This document shows, piece by piece, positions 28,700 through 38,446 of a stretch of 64,000 nucleotides of DNA; the stretch's first letter is position 1; every line of letters starts with the position of its first letter. The notes below the pieces were generated by a model that was not told the origin of the DNA, did not search any database, and was given only the letters and a program-made list of their open reading frames with translations. The stretch is from the NCBI GenBank assembly GCA_016930015.1, contig JAFGHR010000121.1, positions 11,701 to 75,700 on the forward strand. Reading direction: 5' to 3'. Made by a program: the position numbers and the translations under genes. The stretch is from Anaerolineae bacterium (GTDB taxonomy: Bacteria; Chloroflexota; Anaerolineae; Aggregatilineales; Aggregatilineaceae).

Positions 28700-30547
28700 T
28701 TACACTCGTACAGGTTCACGATCACTTTCCCACAGCGACTGGAATTCCGCACAGGTGGCTAACAAATCGTCCAGATGGCCTTCTGCCTCAATGCGCCCAT
28801 CTTTCAGCACGATGATATGATCGGCGCGGCGTAGTGCGGCCTTGCGGTGCGACACCACCAGACACGTCGCTCGCTGATCCCTGAAGGCTCGTTCCCAGAG
28901 CGTGGCCTCGGTTTCGACATCCAGCGCGCTGGAGAGATCGTCAAATACCAGCAGTTCCGGCTGGCGAATGAACATCCGCGCTGCTGCCGTGCGCTGCATC
29001 TGCCCGCCGGAGAGCTTGACGCCTTTCGGTCCGAGCATGGATTCCAGGCCATCTTCCAGGTTTTCGAGATCGTCTTCCAATACTGCCGCATAGAGCGCAG
29101 CCAGCACCGCGTCATCGGTTTTGGGCATACCCATCAGGACATTATCACGCAGTGTCAGACTGAACAGGCGCGGCACCTGGGAGGTATACGCGCTGCGGGG
29201 CGGCACGAAAAAATCACCCAGGTTGTCGATCACGGCGCCGTTCCAGCGCACCTCGCCCGCATCTTTGGGCAGCAAACCGAGCAGCACGCGCAGCAGCGTA
29301 GTCTTGCCAGAACCGATCCGCCCGGTAATCGCCGTAAACTGGCCACGCTTCAGCCGCAAATTGATATCATCGATCCCGCTTTGAGTGCCGGGATAATGAT
29401 AACTCAAGTGCGCCGCTTCGAGTTCGTGCAGCGCGTCGGCATCGGTCCTGGCCACGTCCACTACGGGCGGCAGTTCGCCGGAAAGATACACTTTGCTGAA
29501 TGCGATCACTGCATCGTTCGGCGCACCTTCCATCAATCGATGTAAGCGCTCCAACGACACGCCGATCTGCCGGTAGCGGGCCAGCAGCAGGCCAACAAAC
29601 GCCGTCAGCTCGCTCACAAACTCCAGGTAGAAAGCGAACAGCGCGAAATCACCGATGGTGAAATTGCCGCGTTGCATGGCCTGCCCGGCCAGCAGCAGGA
29701 TCACGCCCGTGCCCAGCGTAACGGCGTTACGGAAGAACGAAAACAGGATTTGCTCGAACAGAACGTCTTTGAGCACGACCTTGCGGCGCGCGTCATTCAG
29801 CGTTTCAAAGTGCTCGATCACGCCCTTCTCTGCGGTTGCGACCTTAACAGCCTGCGCCGCGCCGAAGATTTCGCCAATAAAGCCGGTCACGATCCCGGCA
29901 TGTTTGCGGCTGGCGCGGCGGTACTTCTCGATGCGCTCGCTCGCGGCGTTCGCTCCGATGCCCACCAGGATAAACGGCAGCACGGCCAGCAGCGTGATCT
30001 GGGTATTGATGCTGAACATGATCGTAAACGCGATGATGCCAAAGAAGATCATGCCCAGAACGTCATTCACCCACAGCGCAAACAGTGGTATCTCGAATAC
30101 GTCACCCCGGAAGCGGCTGACAGCCTCGCCGGGCGAGTAGGGCAGCGCCTTCGCGCCGGGCCGCTTGAGCACGTTGAGCAGCAGGTTCTTGCGTAACAGC
30201 GTCATGGTGTGGACGAAGTACGGAATGTTGGTCAGAATCAGGCCCCAGATGCCCGCCAGCCGTGCCAGTTCCCCGGCAAACAGCAGCGCCACCAGTGCCC
30301 AGATGCCGAAACGCGCGTCTGCGCCATCCGACAGCAGGTTGAAGAATTCGCGGTTGAGCAGCCCTGGCATCTGCCAGAAAACATTGAGAAATAACATGGC
30401 GATCAGGTTGGGCACCCAGAAGCGGCGGCCATACACGATCAGCCGCCAGATCACTTTCCAGGTAGGGATCGGGGGCTTGGGGCGTCGTTTTGCGCGAGTT
30501 TGTCCGTTGGACGCGTTATCGTTTAACACGTCATCAGCCGTTGTCAT
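28700..30547 (-). CDS. ABC exporter fused TMD-NBD subunit with a degenerate Walker B (DD)
   Basis: Walker A is GRIGSGKT, the signature is LSGGQ, Walker B is LLVFDDLSS (Asp replaces the catalytic Glu) and the H-loop is SHR. The start overlaps the upstream subunit's stop. Confidence 0.88.
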   Translation of the reverse strand: MTTADDVLNDNASNGQTRAKRRPKPPIPTWKVIWRLIVYGRRFWVPNLIAMLFLNVFWQMPGLLNREFFNLLSDGADARFGIWALVALLFAGELARLAGIWGLILTNIPYFVHTMTLLRKNLLLNVLKRPGAKALPYSPGEAVSRFRGDVFEIPLFALWVNDVLGMIFFGIIAFTIMFSINTQITLLAVLPFILVGIGANAASERIEKYRRASRKHAGIVTGFIGEIFGAAQAVKVATAEKGVIEHFETLNDARRKVVLKDVLFEQILFSFFRNAVTLGTGVILLLAGQAMQRGNFTIGDFALFAFYLEFVSELTAFVGLLLARYRQIGVSLERLHRLMEGAPNDAVIAFSKVYLSGELPPVVDVARTDADALHELEAAHLSYHYPGTQSGIDDINLRLKRGQFTAITGRIGSGKTTLLRVLLGLLPKDAGEVRWNGAVIDNLGDFFVPPRSAYTSQVPRLFSLTLRDNVLMGMPKTDDAVLAALYAAVLEDDLENLEDGLESMLGPKGVKLSGGQMQRTAAARMFIRQPELLVFDDLSSALDVETEATLWERAFRDQRATCLVVSHRKAALRRADHIIVLKDGRIEAEGHLDDLLATCAEFQSLWESDREPVRV

Positions 30548-32289
30548 ACCAGAACCTCCGATAAACCGGTTTTTAACAGGCCGGAAAAACGCGAATCCGG
30601 ATCACTGACCAGTCGCTCGCGGTCGCCATATTCGGTGATGCCGCCATCTTCCAGGATCATGATGTGATCGGCGCGCTGGACGGTGCTCAGCCGGTGGGCT
30701 ACAATGATCGCCGTGCGGTTTCGGAGCAGACGGTCAATGGCGCGTTCGATCAACTGCCCGGTGGCCGGGTCGAGGCGCGAGGATGCTTCATCAAGAATTA
30801 CTAATCCAGGATCGTGCAGGAAGACTCGCGCGAAGGCCAACAACTGCGCCTGTCCTGCCGAAAGACTCTTGCCGCCGGTTTCGAGTTCGGTATCCAACCC
30901 GTCGGGCAGTTTCCCGAACCAGTCGCCCAGCCCCAGTTCTTCGATCACGTCTAGAATGCGCGCATCGGGGATATCGCGGTTGAAAAAAGTCAGGTTGTCG
31001 CGCACGCTGGCCTGGAATAACTGGACATCCTGCGTCACCATCGCTACCCGGTGGCGTAATTGGTGCAGCGTCGGCTGGGTGACATTGGTCTGGTTGAGCG
31101 TAATGCTGCCACCTGTCGGATCGTAGAGCCGGAAGACCAGCCGGGTAATGGTTGTTTTGCCGCTGCCCGTGCGGCCTAACAACCCCAGCACGTGCCCAGG
31201 TTCCAGTCCAAAACTGAGGTTTTTTAGCACCAGATCGTCCTCGACGTATCCAAACGACACGTTGTCGAAAGTCAGCGCCAGCGGCCCACCGGCGATCTCT
31301 GCGCCGGGGCCATCCACGATCTTGGGCTGGAAGGCGCGCAGATCGGACAGCCGCTCAATAGCCGCGCCGATGTTTTGCAGGCTTTCCACCTGGGCGGTCA
31401 GTTCGCGGATAGGGCGTGCCATAAGCCCGGTGTAATGCAAGACGAGGTAGACGCTGCCGATGGTCAGCAGATCGTCGCGGTAAAGCCGGTACCCGGTCAG
31501 AAATGCTACCGTGTAACCACCCATCAGCGTTAAGCCCGCCACCAGGCGCACTACCATATGCATGTTGCCCGCCTTGCGCCAACATTGAAGTATGTGCGCG
31601 TGCAACTGGTACAGCCCACGAATGACGAACGGCACGGTCCCATTAGCGCGGATATCCTCGGTCCCGGTCAGGCGTTCTTCCAGAAAACCGAACAGATCGG
31701 CGTTGGCTTTGCGCAGGGCCTTGTCATGGGGCACAGCGATGCTGCGTACACGGTTGAGGGCGACGATCGTGGAAACTGCAAACAGTCCAAACGCGATCCC
31801 CAAGCGCCAATCCTCGAAAAACAGCACCACCACGATCGCCGCCAGCAGCAGGATATTGCCCAGGATCATGATCACCAGCCGGGAGAAGAACATCGACAGC
31901 TCGTTTACATCACCATCGATGCGCTCGATCAACTCGCCAGGGCTGATGTCGTTGTGGAAGGTCATATCCAGCCGCAGGCAATGCTCGGCCAGTTCGGCGC
32001 GCAGCCGGTTCGTGGCCCGCCATGCCACGTTTTCTCCCACATAAGTGGCGGCGACCGCGACGAACTGCTGAACCAGGGCCAGGCAAATAAACCCGATCGC
32101 CACTGTAACCAACACGGTGCCGTTGTCACCGGCCATCGCTTCATCGATGAAGTAGCGCATCAACTGCGGGATGAAAACTTGCAGGCTGATGCTGCCCAAC
32201 AGCAGCAGCACCAAGAGCGTGGTATATCCCTTCTGGACTCGCAAATGGTCAACAAGCAAGTCCCAATACTGCTTAAGTGGGATGTTCAT
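30544..32289 (-). CDS. ABC exporter fused TMD-NBD subunit, consensus Walker B with non-canonical signature
   Basis: Walker A is GRTGSGKT, the signature is LSAGQ, Walker B is LVILDEASS and the H-loop is AHR. Confidence 0.88.
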   Translation of the reverse strand: MNIPLKQYWDLLVDHLRVQKGYTTLLVLLLLGSISLQVFIPQLMRYFIDEAMAGDNGTVLVTVAIGFICLALVQQFVAVAATYVGENVAWRATNRLRAELAEHCLRLDMTFHNDISPGELIERIDGDVNELSMFFSRLVIMILGNILLLAAIVVVLFFEDWRLGIAFGLFAVSTIVALNRVRSIAVPHDKALRKANADLFGFLEERLTGTEDIRANGTVPFVIRGLYQLHAHILQCWRKAGNMHMVVRLVAGLTLMGGYTVAFLTGYRLYRDDLLTIGSVYLVLHYTGLMARPIRELTAQVESLQNIGAAIERLSDLRAFQPKIVDGPGAEIAGGPLALTFDNVSFGYVEDDLVLKNLSFGLEPGHVLGLLGRTGSGKTTITRLVFRLYDPTGGSITLNQTNVTQPTLHQLRHRVAMVTQDVQLFQASVRDNLTFFNRDIPDARILDVIEELGLGDWFGKLPDGLDTELETGGKSLSAGQAQLLAFARVFLHDPGLVILDEASSRLDPATGQLIERAIDRLLRNRTAIIVAHRLSTVQRADHIMILEDGGITEYGDRERLVSDPDSRFSGLLKTGLSEVLV

Positions 32290-32708
32290 AACAAACCTAT
32301 GCCTTTGTTGGTCGCTAAGGTCTTCGGTAAGTGACGCCGTGAATCACGCCGGTTGCCAGAGTCCGGCCAGAAACGAGAAAAGATTCCAGGGTTTGCCGCA
32401 AACCCCGCCAGTGGAACGCGGTGACAGTCCCAGGAGAGGATATTTATTGAAACATGGATAGAGGATCATCATCCCAACTCACTGCCCCCTTGAGGAATAT
32501 CCAGAGCTTTCACATCATACCATAAGAGGTTGCGAATGGGAACAAGAGAACCAAAAAAATCCCAGGGCGATTGTATATTGGTCAATTCTGCCCGTTCGAA
32601 GGATTTAGAACGCCTTCCTGAGGGTTTCAAAGGGTCAGAACCCGACAGAAAACTGCCATATGCACATGCTATGCACATGCACTTGTCCTGCTTTCCGTCC
32701 AAATCTCA

Positions 32709-32737
32709 TTGACAAACCTATACACTGAGTGTACAAT
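32709..32737 (+). promoter_or_regulatory. sigma-70-type promoter of the padR operon with an embedded small palindrome
   Basis: TTGACA, a 17-nt spacer, then TACAAT. The palindrome TACAC-TGA-GTGTA (32721-32733) overlaps the spacer and -10 element. Confidence 0.55.
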
Positions 32738-32776
32738 TTTTCTAACAATAAATTAATCACTCGGCGTATAGGTTTC

Positions 32777-33391
32777 ATGTCGGTCAAAAATACACTACTC
32801 GCCCTTCTCTATCAACGTCCCATGCACGGCTATGAGTTAGGCAAACAGCTCAAACTGACTGTTCATGCTGAGTGGGATGTTAAACCAGGGCAGATCGCCA
32901 GCACGTTAGCCCGCTTGAAGGACGCTCATCTGGTCGATTATGAAATCGAAGAAACAGATGATGCGCCGGATCGCAAAGTCTACTTCATCACCAATGAAGG
33001 ATTGGACGAACTTCGTCAGTGGTATCTCATGCCAGAAGTGCGCGAGTATCGCTTAGGTGACACCTTCTACGTCAAGCTGGTGCTGAGTCTGGTTGGCGGC
33101 CCGATCAACCCCGAACAAGTGCTAATGGTACAGCGGCGCGAGCTTTACCAGCAGTTGCATGAGATCACTGAGATGCGCCGCCAGGCTGACCTGCGGACAC
33201 AACTTCCCTGGGTGATGCTGCTTGACAGTGCTGTCATGCACCTGGAAGCCGATCTGCGCTGGATCGAAATGTGTGAAGCACGTTTGCCCGATCTCAAGCG
33301 TTACGATCCTCCCCGGCCAAAACCCAAAGCGCGGGGACGGCCTCGGCATAGGACAAGGCAAAAAGAAAAATCGATCCCCTCTGGTGATTAA
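32777..33391 (+). CDS. PadR family transcriptional regulator
   Basis: The winged-helix motif LLALLYQRPMHGYELGKQL is present, with a basic C-terminal tail. The start was chosen at MSVKNT. Confidence 0.85.
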   Translation: MSVKNTLLALLYQRPMHGYELGKQLKLTVHAEWDVKPGQIASTLARLKDAHLVDYEIEETDDAPDRKVYFITNEGLDELRQWYLMPEVREYRLGDTFYVKLVLSLVGGPINPEQVLMVQRRELYQQLHEITEMRRQADLRTQLPWVMLLDSAVMHLEADLRWIEMCEARLPDLKRYDPPRPKPKARGRPRHRTRQKEKSIPSGD

Positions 33392-33498
33392 CAATACGAG
33401 GCAAGCAATAAAAAGAACCGTTTGGGCAAATAAGAAACAGGCGGATGTGATGCGGCGTTTTCTTGCCCCCAGTTGACAGAAAGTGAAACGGAAAAATC

Positions 33499-34239
33499 AT
33501 GCCAGTAGTACGCACCGAATCATTGACGAAAATTTACGGGGATGCCCCCCGGCAGGTCCGCGCATTGAATGAGGTATCACTCAATATCGATGCGGGCGAA
33601 TTTGTGGCGATCATGGGTTCCAGTGGATCGGGCAAAAGCACCCTGTTGTATAACTTGGGCGGCCTGGAAATGCCCACCAGCGGCCAAGTATGGTTCAATC
33701 AAACCGATCTCAGCACGATGAATGACAACGAGTTGTCACAACTGCGCCGCCAGCAGATCGGGTTTGTGTTCCAGTTCTTTAACCTGATTCCGGTGCTGAC
33801 CGCGCAGGAAAATGTCGCCATGCCGTTAATCCTGGATGGTGTGTCGCACCTTGACGCCACACGCCGCGCTGACCAGGCGTTGGAAAAAGTAGGGCTAAGT
33901 GAGCGCAAAACACATCGTCCGGCAGAGCTTTCGGGTGGGGAACAGCAGCGCGTCGCAATAGCACGAGCGCTCGTTACAAACCCCGCGTTGATCCTGGGTG
34001 ATGAGCCAACCGGCAATCTCGATTCGCATTCTGGCGATGAGGTCGTCAGTTTGTTACGCAATGTCGTTGATCAATGGGGGCGCACATTGGTCATTGTCAC
34101 CCATGATCCGCGCATCGCTGCCCATGCTGACCGGATCATTTTCCTTAAAGACGGGCAAATTGTGGACGAAACTCATCTCAAGGGACAGGCCAGCGCTGAT
34201 CAAATCCGCGCTCAGTTAAGCAAAGTCGCCGTGAGCTAA
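33499..34239 (+). CDS. ABC transporter ATP-binding protein (MacB/LolD-type)
   Basis: Motifs [24 protein letters not shown] and [11 protein letters not shown] are present. Confidence 0.9.
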   Translation: MPVVRTESLTKIYGDAPRQVRALNEVSLNIDAGEFVAIMGSSGSGKSTLLYNLGGLEMPTSGQVWFNQTDLSTMNDNELSQLRRQQIGFVFQFFNLIPVLTAQENVAMPLILDGVSHLDATRRADQALEKVGLSERKTHRPAELSGGEQQRVAIARALVTNPALILGDEPTGNLDSHSGDEVVSLLRNVVDQWGRTLVIVTHDPRIAAHADRIIFLKDGQIVDETHLKGQASADQIRAQLSKVAVS

Positions 34240-34313
34240 ATCAGTCTCTACCTTTTATTCCCTGCGCAATGGGAGGGGATAAAAGGATAGGGACGGAACA
34301 AGGAATGTGAATC

Positions 34314-36821
34314 ATGAAAACCTCAACCTGGTTGCAAATGGCGCGGATGGCATGGCAGTATTTGAAGAGGCGAAAACTGCGGACAGCCCTCACGACGCTG
34401 GCGATTGTGTTTGGTGTTGCGCTGATCTTTGCCATCAATCTCATCATGCCCAGCGTCCTCGATATAATGAAGGAATCGCTGGAATCTGAAACGGAAGTGG
34501 TTGATCTCAGCATTGTGGATCGCATCGGCGAATCGTTTGATCCGGCTCCGTTGACTGAAACCTTGTTGAAAATCGATGGGGTGGAAGGCGTATCAGGGGT
34601 TTTGCGCCGCCGCATTATTCTGCCGGCAGACAACAACCCGCTGGGTGACATCTCACGCATTGAGATGATCGGTGTTGATCCAGCCACTCAATCCGCTGTG
34701 CGGACGTATGATCTGCGCGAAGGACAGATGCCAAAAGCCGAGGGCGAAGCGGTAGTGTCTGCGGAACTCGGTAAACTGGGTGAAACGATCGCGGTGACAA
34801 CGGCCAATGGCCTCAAATCGTATACTATTGTTGGGCTTCTGAAAGACGATCCCACTGTCGAGCGTCTGATCGTCACGCTGCCGGATGCTCAAACCGCGCT
34901 GAATCTGGTTGGTCGTGTCAATCTTCTAGAAGTGGCCTTTAGTGCTGGCGTTGATACCGACAAATTAAGCTCGCAGATCGAGGAGACGCTCGGCGATCAC
35001 TATCTTTATAATGTCACTTCGGAAGAGGAATTTAGCTTCGCAGAAGTAGCCTATTTGATGCTCAACCTGTTTGGCATGATCGCGCTGTTTATGGGTGGCT
35101 TCTTGATCTTCAATACGTTTCGGACAGTCGTCATCGAACGCCGTCATGATCTGGCGATGCTGCGAGCAATTGGCGCGACCCGCCGCCAGGTTATGCAACT
35201 GATCCTGATCGAAAGTGTGCTGCAAGGCGTACTTGGAACACTGCTGGGCCTCGTGTTGGGGTATCTGCTCACGCTGACGGCTACAGATTTTTTGGGTAAA
35301 TTTCTCGACCAATTTATGGCTGTGGAGGATTTAGAAATCACCTTCCAGCCTGGCGCCTTTGCAATAGCCATTGGTATGGGTGTTCTCTCAACCCTGCTGG
35401 CGGGTTACTGGCCGGCCCGCCGCGCCGGACGGACGTCGCCCTTGGATGCGTTGCGCCCCATGACGGCCAGCGATCTACAAAAGGCGAATCGCTGGAGTCT
35501 GATCATCGGCTTTGGGATAATGGTCGTCGCGGTACTGATGTTGATCGGCAGTGACAGCAGCGCCGCCTTTGGCGCAATCCTATTCCTGATCGGTGCGGTC
35601 ATCGCCGGGCCAGGGCTGGTCGTGCCGGTAGCGCGCTTGTTCAATCCCCTGTTGACCCTGTGGTTTGCCCGCGAAGGTGATCTGGCACGCAATAACCTGA
35701 TCCGCCAGCCAGGGCGGGCAGCGATCACGGCCAGCACGCTCATGATAGGCCTGGCTACCTTTATCATGGTGGCTACGCTGGTCAGCGGGATAGTGGGCTT
35801 TACACATGATCTGGTTGAAAGCAACTTTGCCAGTGATGTAATGCTGATACCACCGGCAATTGCCACCTATAGCAGTCTCGTTGGGGCAGATGAAAATCTG
35901 GGGAATCAGTTACGCGAACTACCGGAAGTGGAGTTGGTTTCAGAACTACGTCATGCCGCCAGCGTCAAAGACAACTTGAATCTGGACGTGTTCGGGATCG
36001 ATCCGAACACTTATCCCCAGGTTGCGCCTTTTATATTTGTAAAGGGCGATCCTGAGCAAGCCTATGCCGACCTGAGCCAGGGGCGCACAATGATCATGAA
36101 TTCGTTCCTTGCTTCGTCATTGAACCTGGAAGTGGGCGACGAGTTCACCCTGCCGACGGTAGAGGGCGACCAGCAGTATCGACTGGTGGGCATCGGCAAT
36201 GACGTACTGAACCTCAAGCTCAATGCGATCTTCATCTCGCATGAAAACCTGCAAGCTGACTTCCACAAAAGTGAGGCGATCATGTTGATGATCGATCTCA
36301 CACCGGGCGCGGATGAAACGGCAGCAAAAGCGCAGATCGAAAGCGTAGCACAAGATTATCCACAGTTCACTGTAAAACTTGCGCGGGAATACCGAGAAAA
36401 TATGATTGAAGCGGTGGAGAGCAGTATAGGCATCTACTATACGATCGCCATTTTGATCCTGATTCCGGCAGCGTTGGGGTTGCTCAATACGTTAACCATC
36501 AATATCCTGGAACGCACCCGCGAAATCGGCATTGTAAGGGCAGTCGGCGGCAGTCGTAAGCAGGTCCGGCGCATTGTGATTGCGGAAGCGCTGCTGTTAG
36601 GTTTGTTCGGCGCGGCAGTCGGGGTGCTGGTCGGGGTAGCGATGAGTTATGGCTTTACGCTAGTTTTCACCATGATCGGATGGAAAGTGCCGTATGTCTT
36701 CCCGGCGATAGGCATCATCGCGGCGATCATTATCGCAATTATGCTAGGGTTGTTTTCCAGCATTCTTCCAGCGCGGAACGCTGCCAGGCTGGATATTATT
36801 CGCGCTTTGCAGTATGAATAA
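34314..36821 (+). CDS. FtsX-family ABC transporter permease (duplicated FtsX module, 835 aa)
   Basis: There are two FtsX-like TM bundles. The C-terminus ARNAARLDIIRALQYE is typical of the family. Confidence 0.85.
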   Translation: MKTSTWLQMARMAWQYLKRRKLRTALTTLAIVFGVALIFAINLIMPSVLDIMKESLESETEVVDLSIVDRIGESFDPAPLTETLLKIDGVEGVSGVLRRRIILPADNNPLGDISRIEMIGVDPATQSAVRTYDLREGQMPKAEGEAVVSAELGKLGETIAVTTANGLKSYTIVGLLKDDPTVERLIVTLPDAQTALNLVGRVNLLEVAFSAGVDTDKLSSQIEETLGDHYLYNVTSEEEFSFAEVAYLMLNLFGMIALFMGGFLIFNTFRTVVIERRHDLAMLRAIGATRRQVMQLILIESVLQGVLGTLLGLVLGYLLTLTATDFLGKFLDQFMAVEDLEITFQPGAFAIAIGMGVLSTLLAGYWPARRAGRTSPLDALRPMTASDLQKANRWSLIIGFGIMVVAVLMLIGSDSSAAFGAILFLIGAVIAGPGLVVPVARLFNPLLTLWFAREGDLARNNLIRQPGRAAITASTLMIGLATFIMVATLVSGIVGFTHDLVESNFASDVMLIPPAIATYSSLVGADENLGNQLRELPEVELVSELRHAASVKDNLNLDVFGIDPNTYPQVAPFIFVKGDPEQAYADLSQGRTMIMNSFLASSLNLEVGDEFTLPTVEGDQQYRLVGIGNDVLNLKLNAIFISHENLQADFHKSEAIMLMIDLTPGADETAAKAQIESVAQDYPQFTVKLAREYRENMIEAVESSIGIYYTIAILILIPAALGLLNTLTINILERTREIGIVRAVGGSRKQVRRIVIAEALLLGLFGAAVGVLVGVAMSYGFTLVFTMIGWKVPYVFPAIGIIAAIIIAIMLGLFSSILPARNAARLDIIRALQYE

Positions 36822-36898
36822 AGCCGTTCCAGAATATAAAACGCTCGTTTGCTGCGCGTTAGAGTAAACTCTGGCAGCAGGAGGGTGAGGCAGGGAAC
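36804..36898 (+). repeat. conserved ~95-nt element, copy 2; it overlaps the last FtsX codons
   Basis: Aligns with 20691-20785 (see findings). Confidence 0.7.
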
Positions 36899-37024
36899 AA
36901 AAGCCGGAAGGTACATAGTCAAGCCGCACGTATTGAAAGGCAGCGAACGATGGATGTATGTGGCGCGGGTCCGCCGCCATTATTCCTCATTCCCCTTTTG
37001 ATGCGATTACCCTGAAATTATGCA

Positions 37025-37052
37025 TTGACGTGTTGCCGACGATTGGTATAAT
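37025..37052 (+). promoter_or_regulatory. sigma-70-type promoter of the tRNA gene
   Basis: TTGACG, a 16-nt spacer, then TATAAT, ending 11 nt before the tRNA 5' end. Confidence 0.7.
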
Positions 37053-37063
37053 ACGGTTTGTCG

Positions 37064-37135
37064 GGCGACGTAGCTCAGCGGTAGAGCAGGGGACTCATAA
37101 GCCCTTGGTCGTGTGTTCAAATCACACCGTCGCCA
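37064..37135 (+). tRNA. tRNA with CAU anticodon (elongator tRNA-Met, or tRNA-Ile2 if lysidinylated); no encoded CCA
   Basis: A manual cloverleaf gives acceptor GGCGACG/CGTCGCC, D stem GCTC/GAGC, anticodon loop CTCATAA and T arm GTGTG-TTCAAAT-CACAC. G1-C72 is paired, so it is not an initiator. Confidence 0.9.
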
Positions 37136-37142
37136 CACCTGA

Positions 37143-37170
37143 CCCTCTGGTCCGTTTCAGAGGGTTTTTT
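37143..37170 (+). terminator. rho-independent terminator after the tRNA
   Basis: CCCTCTG / CAGAGGG stem followed by TTTTTT. Confidence 0.8.
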
Positions 37171-37273
37171 GTTTGATCCGCTTTCCTACTCATGCCCACT
37201 TTCCCCAAGTGGGCAACCTGCGTACACTTGGCATGAAGCTCGTTATCATCATCCATGTTGGGAGAAGCGTAAT

Positions 37274-37609
37274 ATGACCAGGCGTCCTGATCCATTTAGC
37301 CAGCCCAAATTGGAAGAAGTCCTGCTTGAACTTGGATGCCCGGAATCTTTTATTTCGTCAACGATCAGTAATTACCGGCTGTTTGTACCGCTGCTGTTTG
37401 CAGAATTGGGCGAGGAACGTATTCTGGAGATCGTGGCGGGTGTGCGCGATGAGTTTGGGCTGGCCGATCAGCACAACGCCTGGCGAACATCAGCGCGCCA
37501 CCTTGTCGCCTGGGCCAAATATGTTATTGATGACTATCGCATCCGGCGCCAAACACAGATCACCCAGCTTCCGCCCAAAGATGATCAGCAGCAGCCCCGA
37601 TTGTTCTAA
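37274..37609 (+). CDS. hypothetical protein (111 aa)
   Basis: ATG after GGGAGAAG. No motif was recognised and the C-terminus is Gln-rich. Confidence 0.5.
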   Translation: MTRRPDPFSQPKLEEVLLELGCPESFISSTISNYRLFVPLLFAELGEERILEIVAGVRDEFGLADQHNAWRTSARHLVAWAKYVIDDYRIRRQTQITQLPPKDDQQQPRLF

Positions 37610-37718
37610 ATCGAGGAGACGGCTTTGTTCTGGTAACAAGGTTGGATACAATGGGCCGTTGTCAGACCAATTGGTTAGACTATGACACTCTGTACTCAGA
37701 AATTTACGAGGTGAAAAG

Positions 37719-38297
37719 ATGAAACCGACGTTTGTGATATTCTTTGGTCCTCCTGGCTGCGGAAAAGGTACCCAGGCAAAAAAAGTGATCGAGGAATTGG
37801 GCCTGGTGCAAATATCCACCGGCGAACTGTTTCGCAAACACCTTAGCGGAAAAACTCCCCTGGGCATCAAGGCGCAAGACTACATGTCACGCGGTGAACT
37901 GGTTCCCGATGACATCACCATTGGCATGGTGCGTGAGCGGCTGCAACAGCCGGACTGCGCCGCCGGGGCGATCTTTGATGGTTTTCCGCGCACAGGTGAC
38001 CAGGCTAAGGCACTGGACACACTACTTGAAGAACTTGGCGGCCCGTTGTCTATGGTTGTGAACTTTGATCTGCCGATTGAAATTTCACGCCAACGCCTGC
38101 TGGCTCGCCAGGAAGGACGCGCCGACGACAGCCCCGAAATAATCGAGAAGCGGCTGAACGACCACGCGCAGGTTGAAGCCAGCGTTATGCCCCACTACAA
38201 AGCTCAAGAAGGCATCATCAAAAACATCGACGCCAACCGTTCGATCGATGCGATTTATAATGACGCCCTTGCCCTGATCAAAAGCGTCATGGCTTGA
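37719..38297 (+). CDS. adk: adenylate kinase, short-LID type
   Basis: The P-loop GPPGCGKGTQ and the motif DGFPRT are present. At 192 aa it has no Cys4 zinc lid. Confidence 0.9.
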   Translation: MKPTFVIFFGPPGCGKGTQAKKVIEELGLVQISTGELFRKHLSGKTPLGIKAQDYMSRGELVPDDITIGMVRERLQQPDCAAGAIFDGFPRTGDQAKALDTLLEELGGPLSMVVNFDLPIEISRQRLLARQEGRADDSPEIIEKRLNDHAQVEASVMPHYKAQEGIIKNIDANRSIDAIYNDALALIKSVMA

Positions 38298-38446
38298 TCG
38301 TTTCCTGACTAAAATGTGTGTTTTGTGGTAGAGGGCAGTTCCATCACCCTCTACCCAAACAACAACTGTATTTACAGTGTCGATAAACAACACGATCCCC
38401 CATCCGCCCATGTTTATCGATCACAGGCAGCGAATTAGAATAGACA

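Noticed and set aside
31558-32334. Long antisense ORFs inside well-supported genes. Examples are 31558-32334, 28847-29545, 25139-25873, 45491-46141, 23907-24461, 41981-42547 and 48799-49326.
   Set aside because: Each lies fully inside a gene with clear family motifs on the other strand. Their translations are Arg/Gly/Pro/His-rich and low-complexity with no motifs, which is typical of shadow ORFs in GC-rich DNA.
32469-32702. The 77-aa minus-strand ORF in the exporter leader, considered as a candidate leader peptide.
   Set aside because: It has a TTG start without an RBS, it overlaps the padR promoter, and its composition is not peptide-like. The shorter 42-codon ORF is kept only as a low-confidence hypothesis.
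20691-37135. The idea that the two element copies are att-like direct repeats bounding a ~16-kb genomic island integrated at the tRNA.
   Set aside because: The repeats are only about three quarters identical and do not include tRNA sequence. Copy 2 lies upstream of the tRNA promoter. No integrase or mobility gene is present, and I see no obvious compositional break by eye.
36958-37176. The 72-aa ORF overlapping the tRNA gene.
   Set aside because: It spans the tRNA, its promoter and its terminator, so it is an artefact.
38380-38420. The inverted repeat TCGATAAACA ... TGTTTATCGA upstream of the kinase-like gene.
   Set aside because: The repeat is real (10-bp arms, 21-nt spacer). It has no supporting context or second copy, so it may be a minor operator or an RNA hairpin. 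It is too weak to call.
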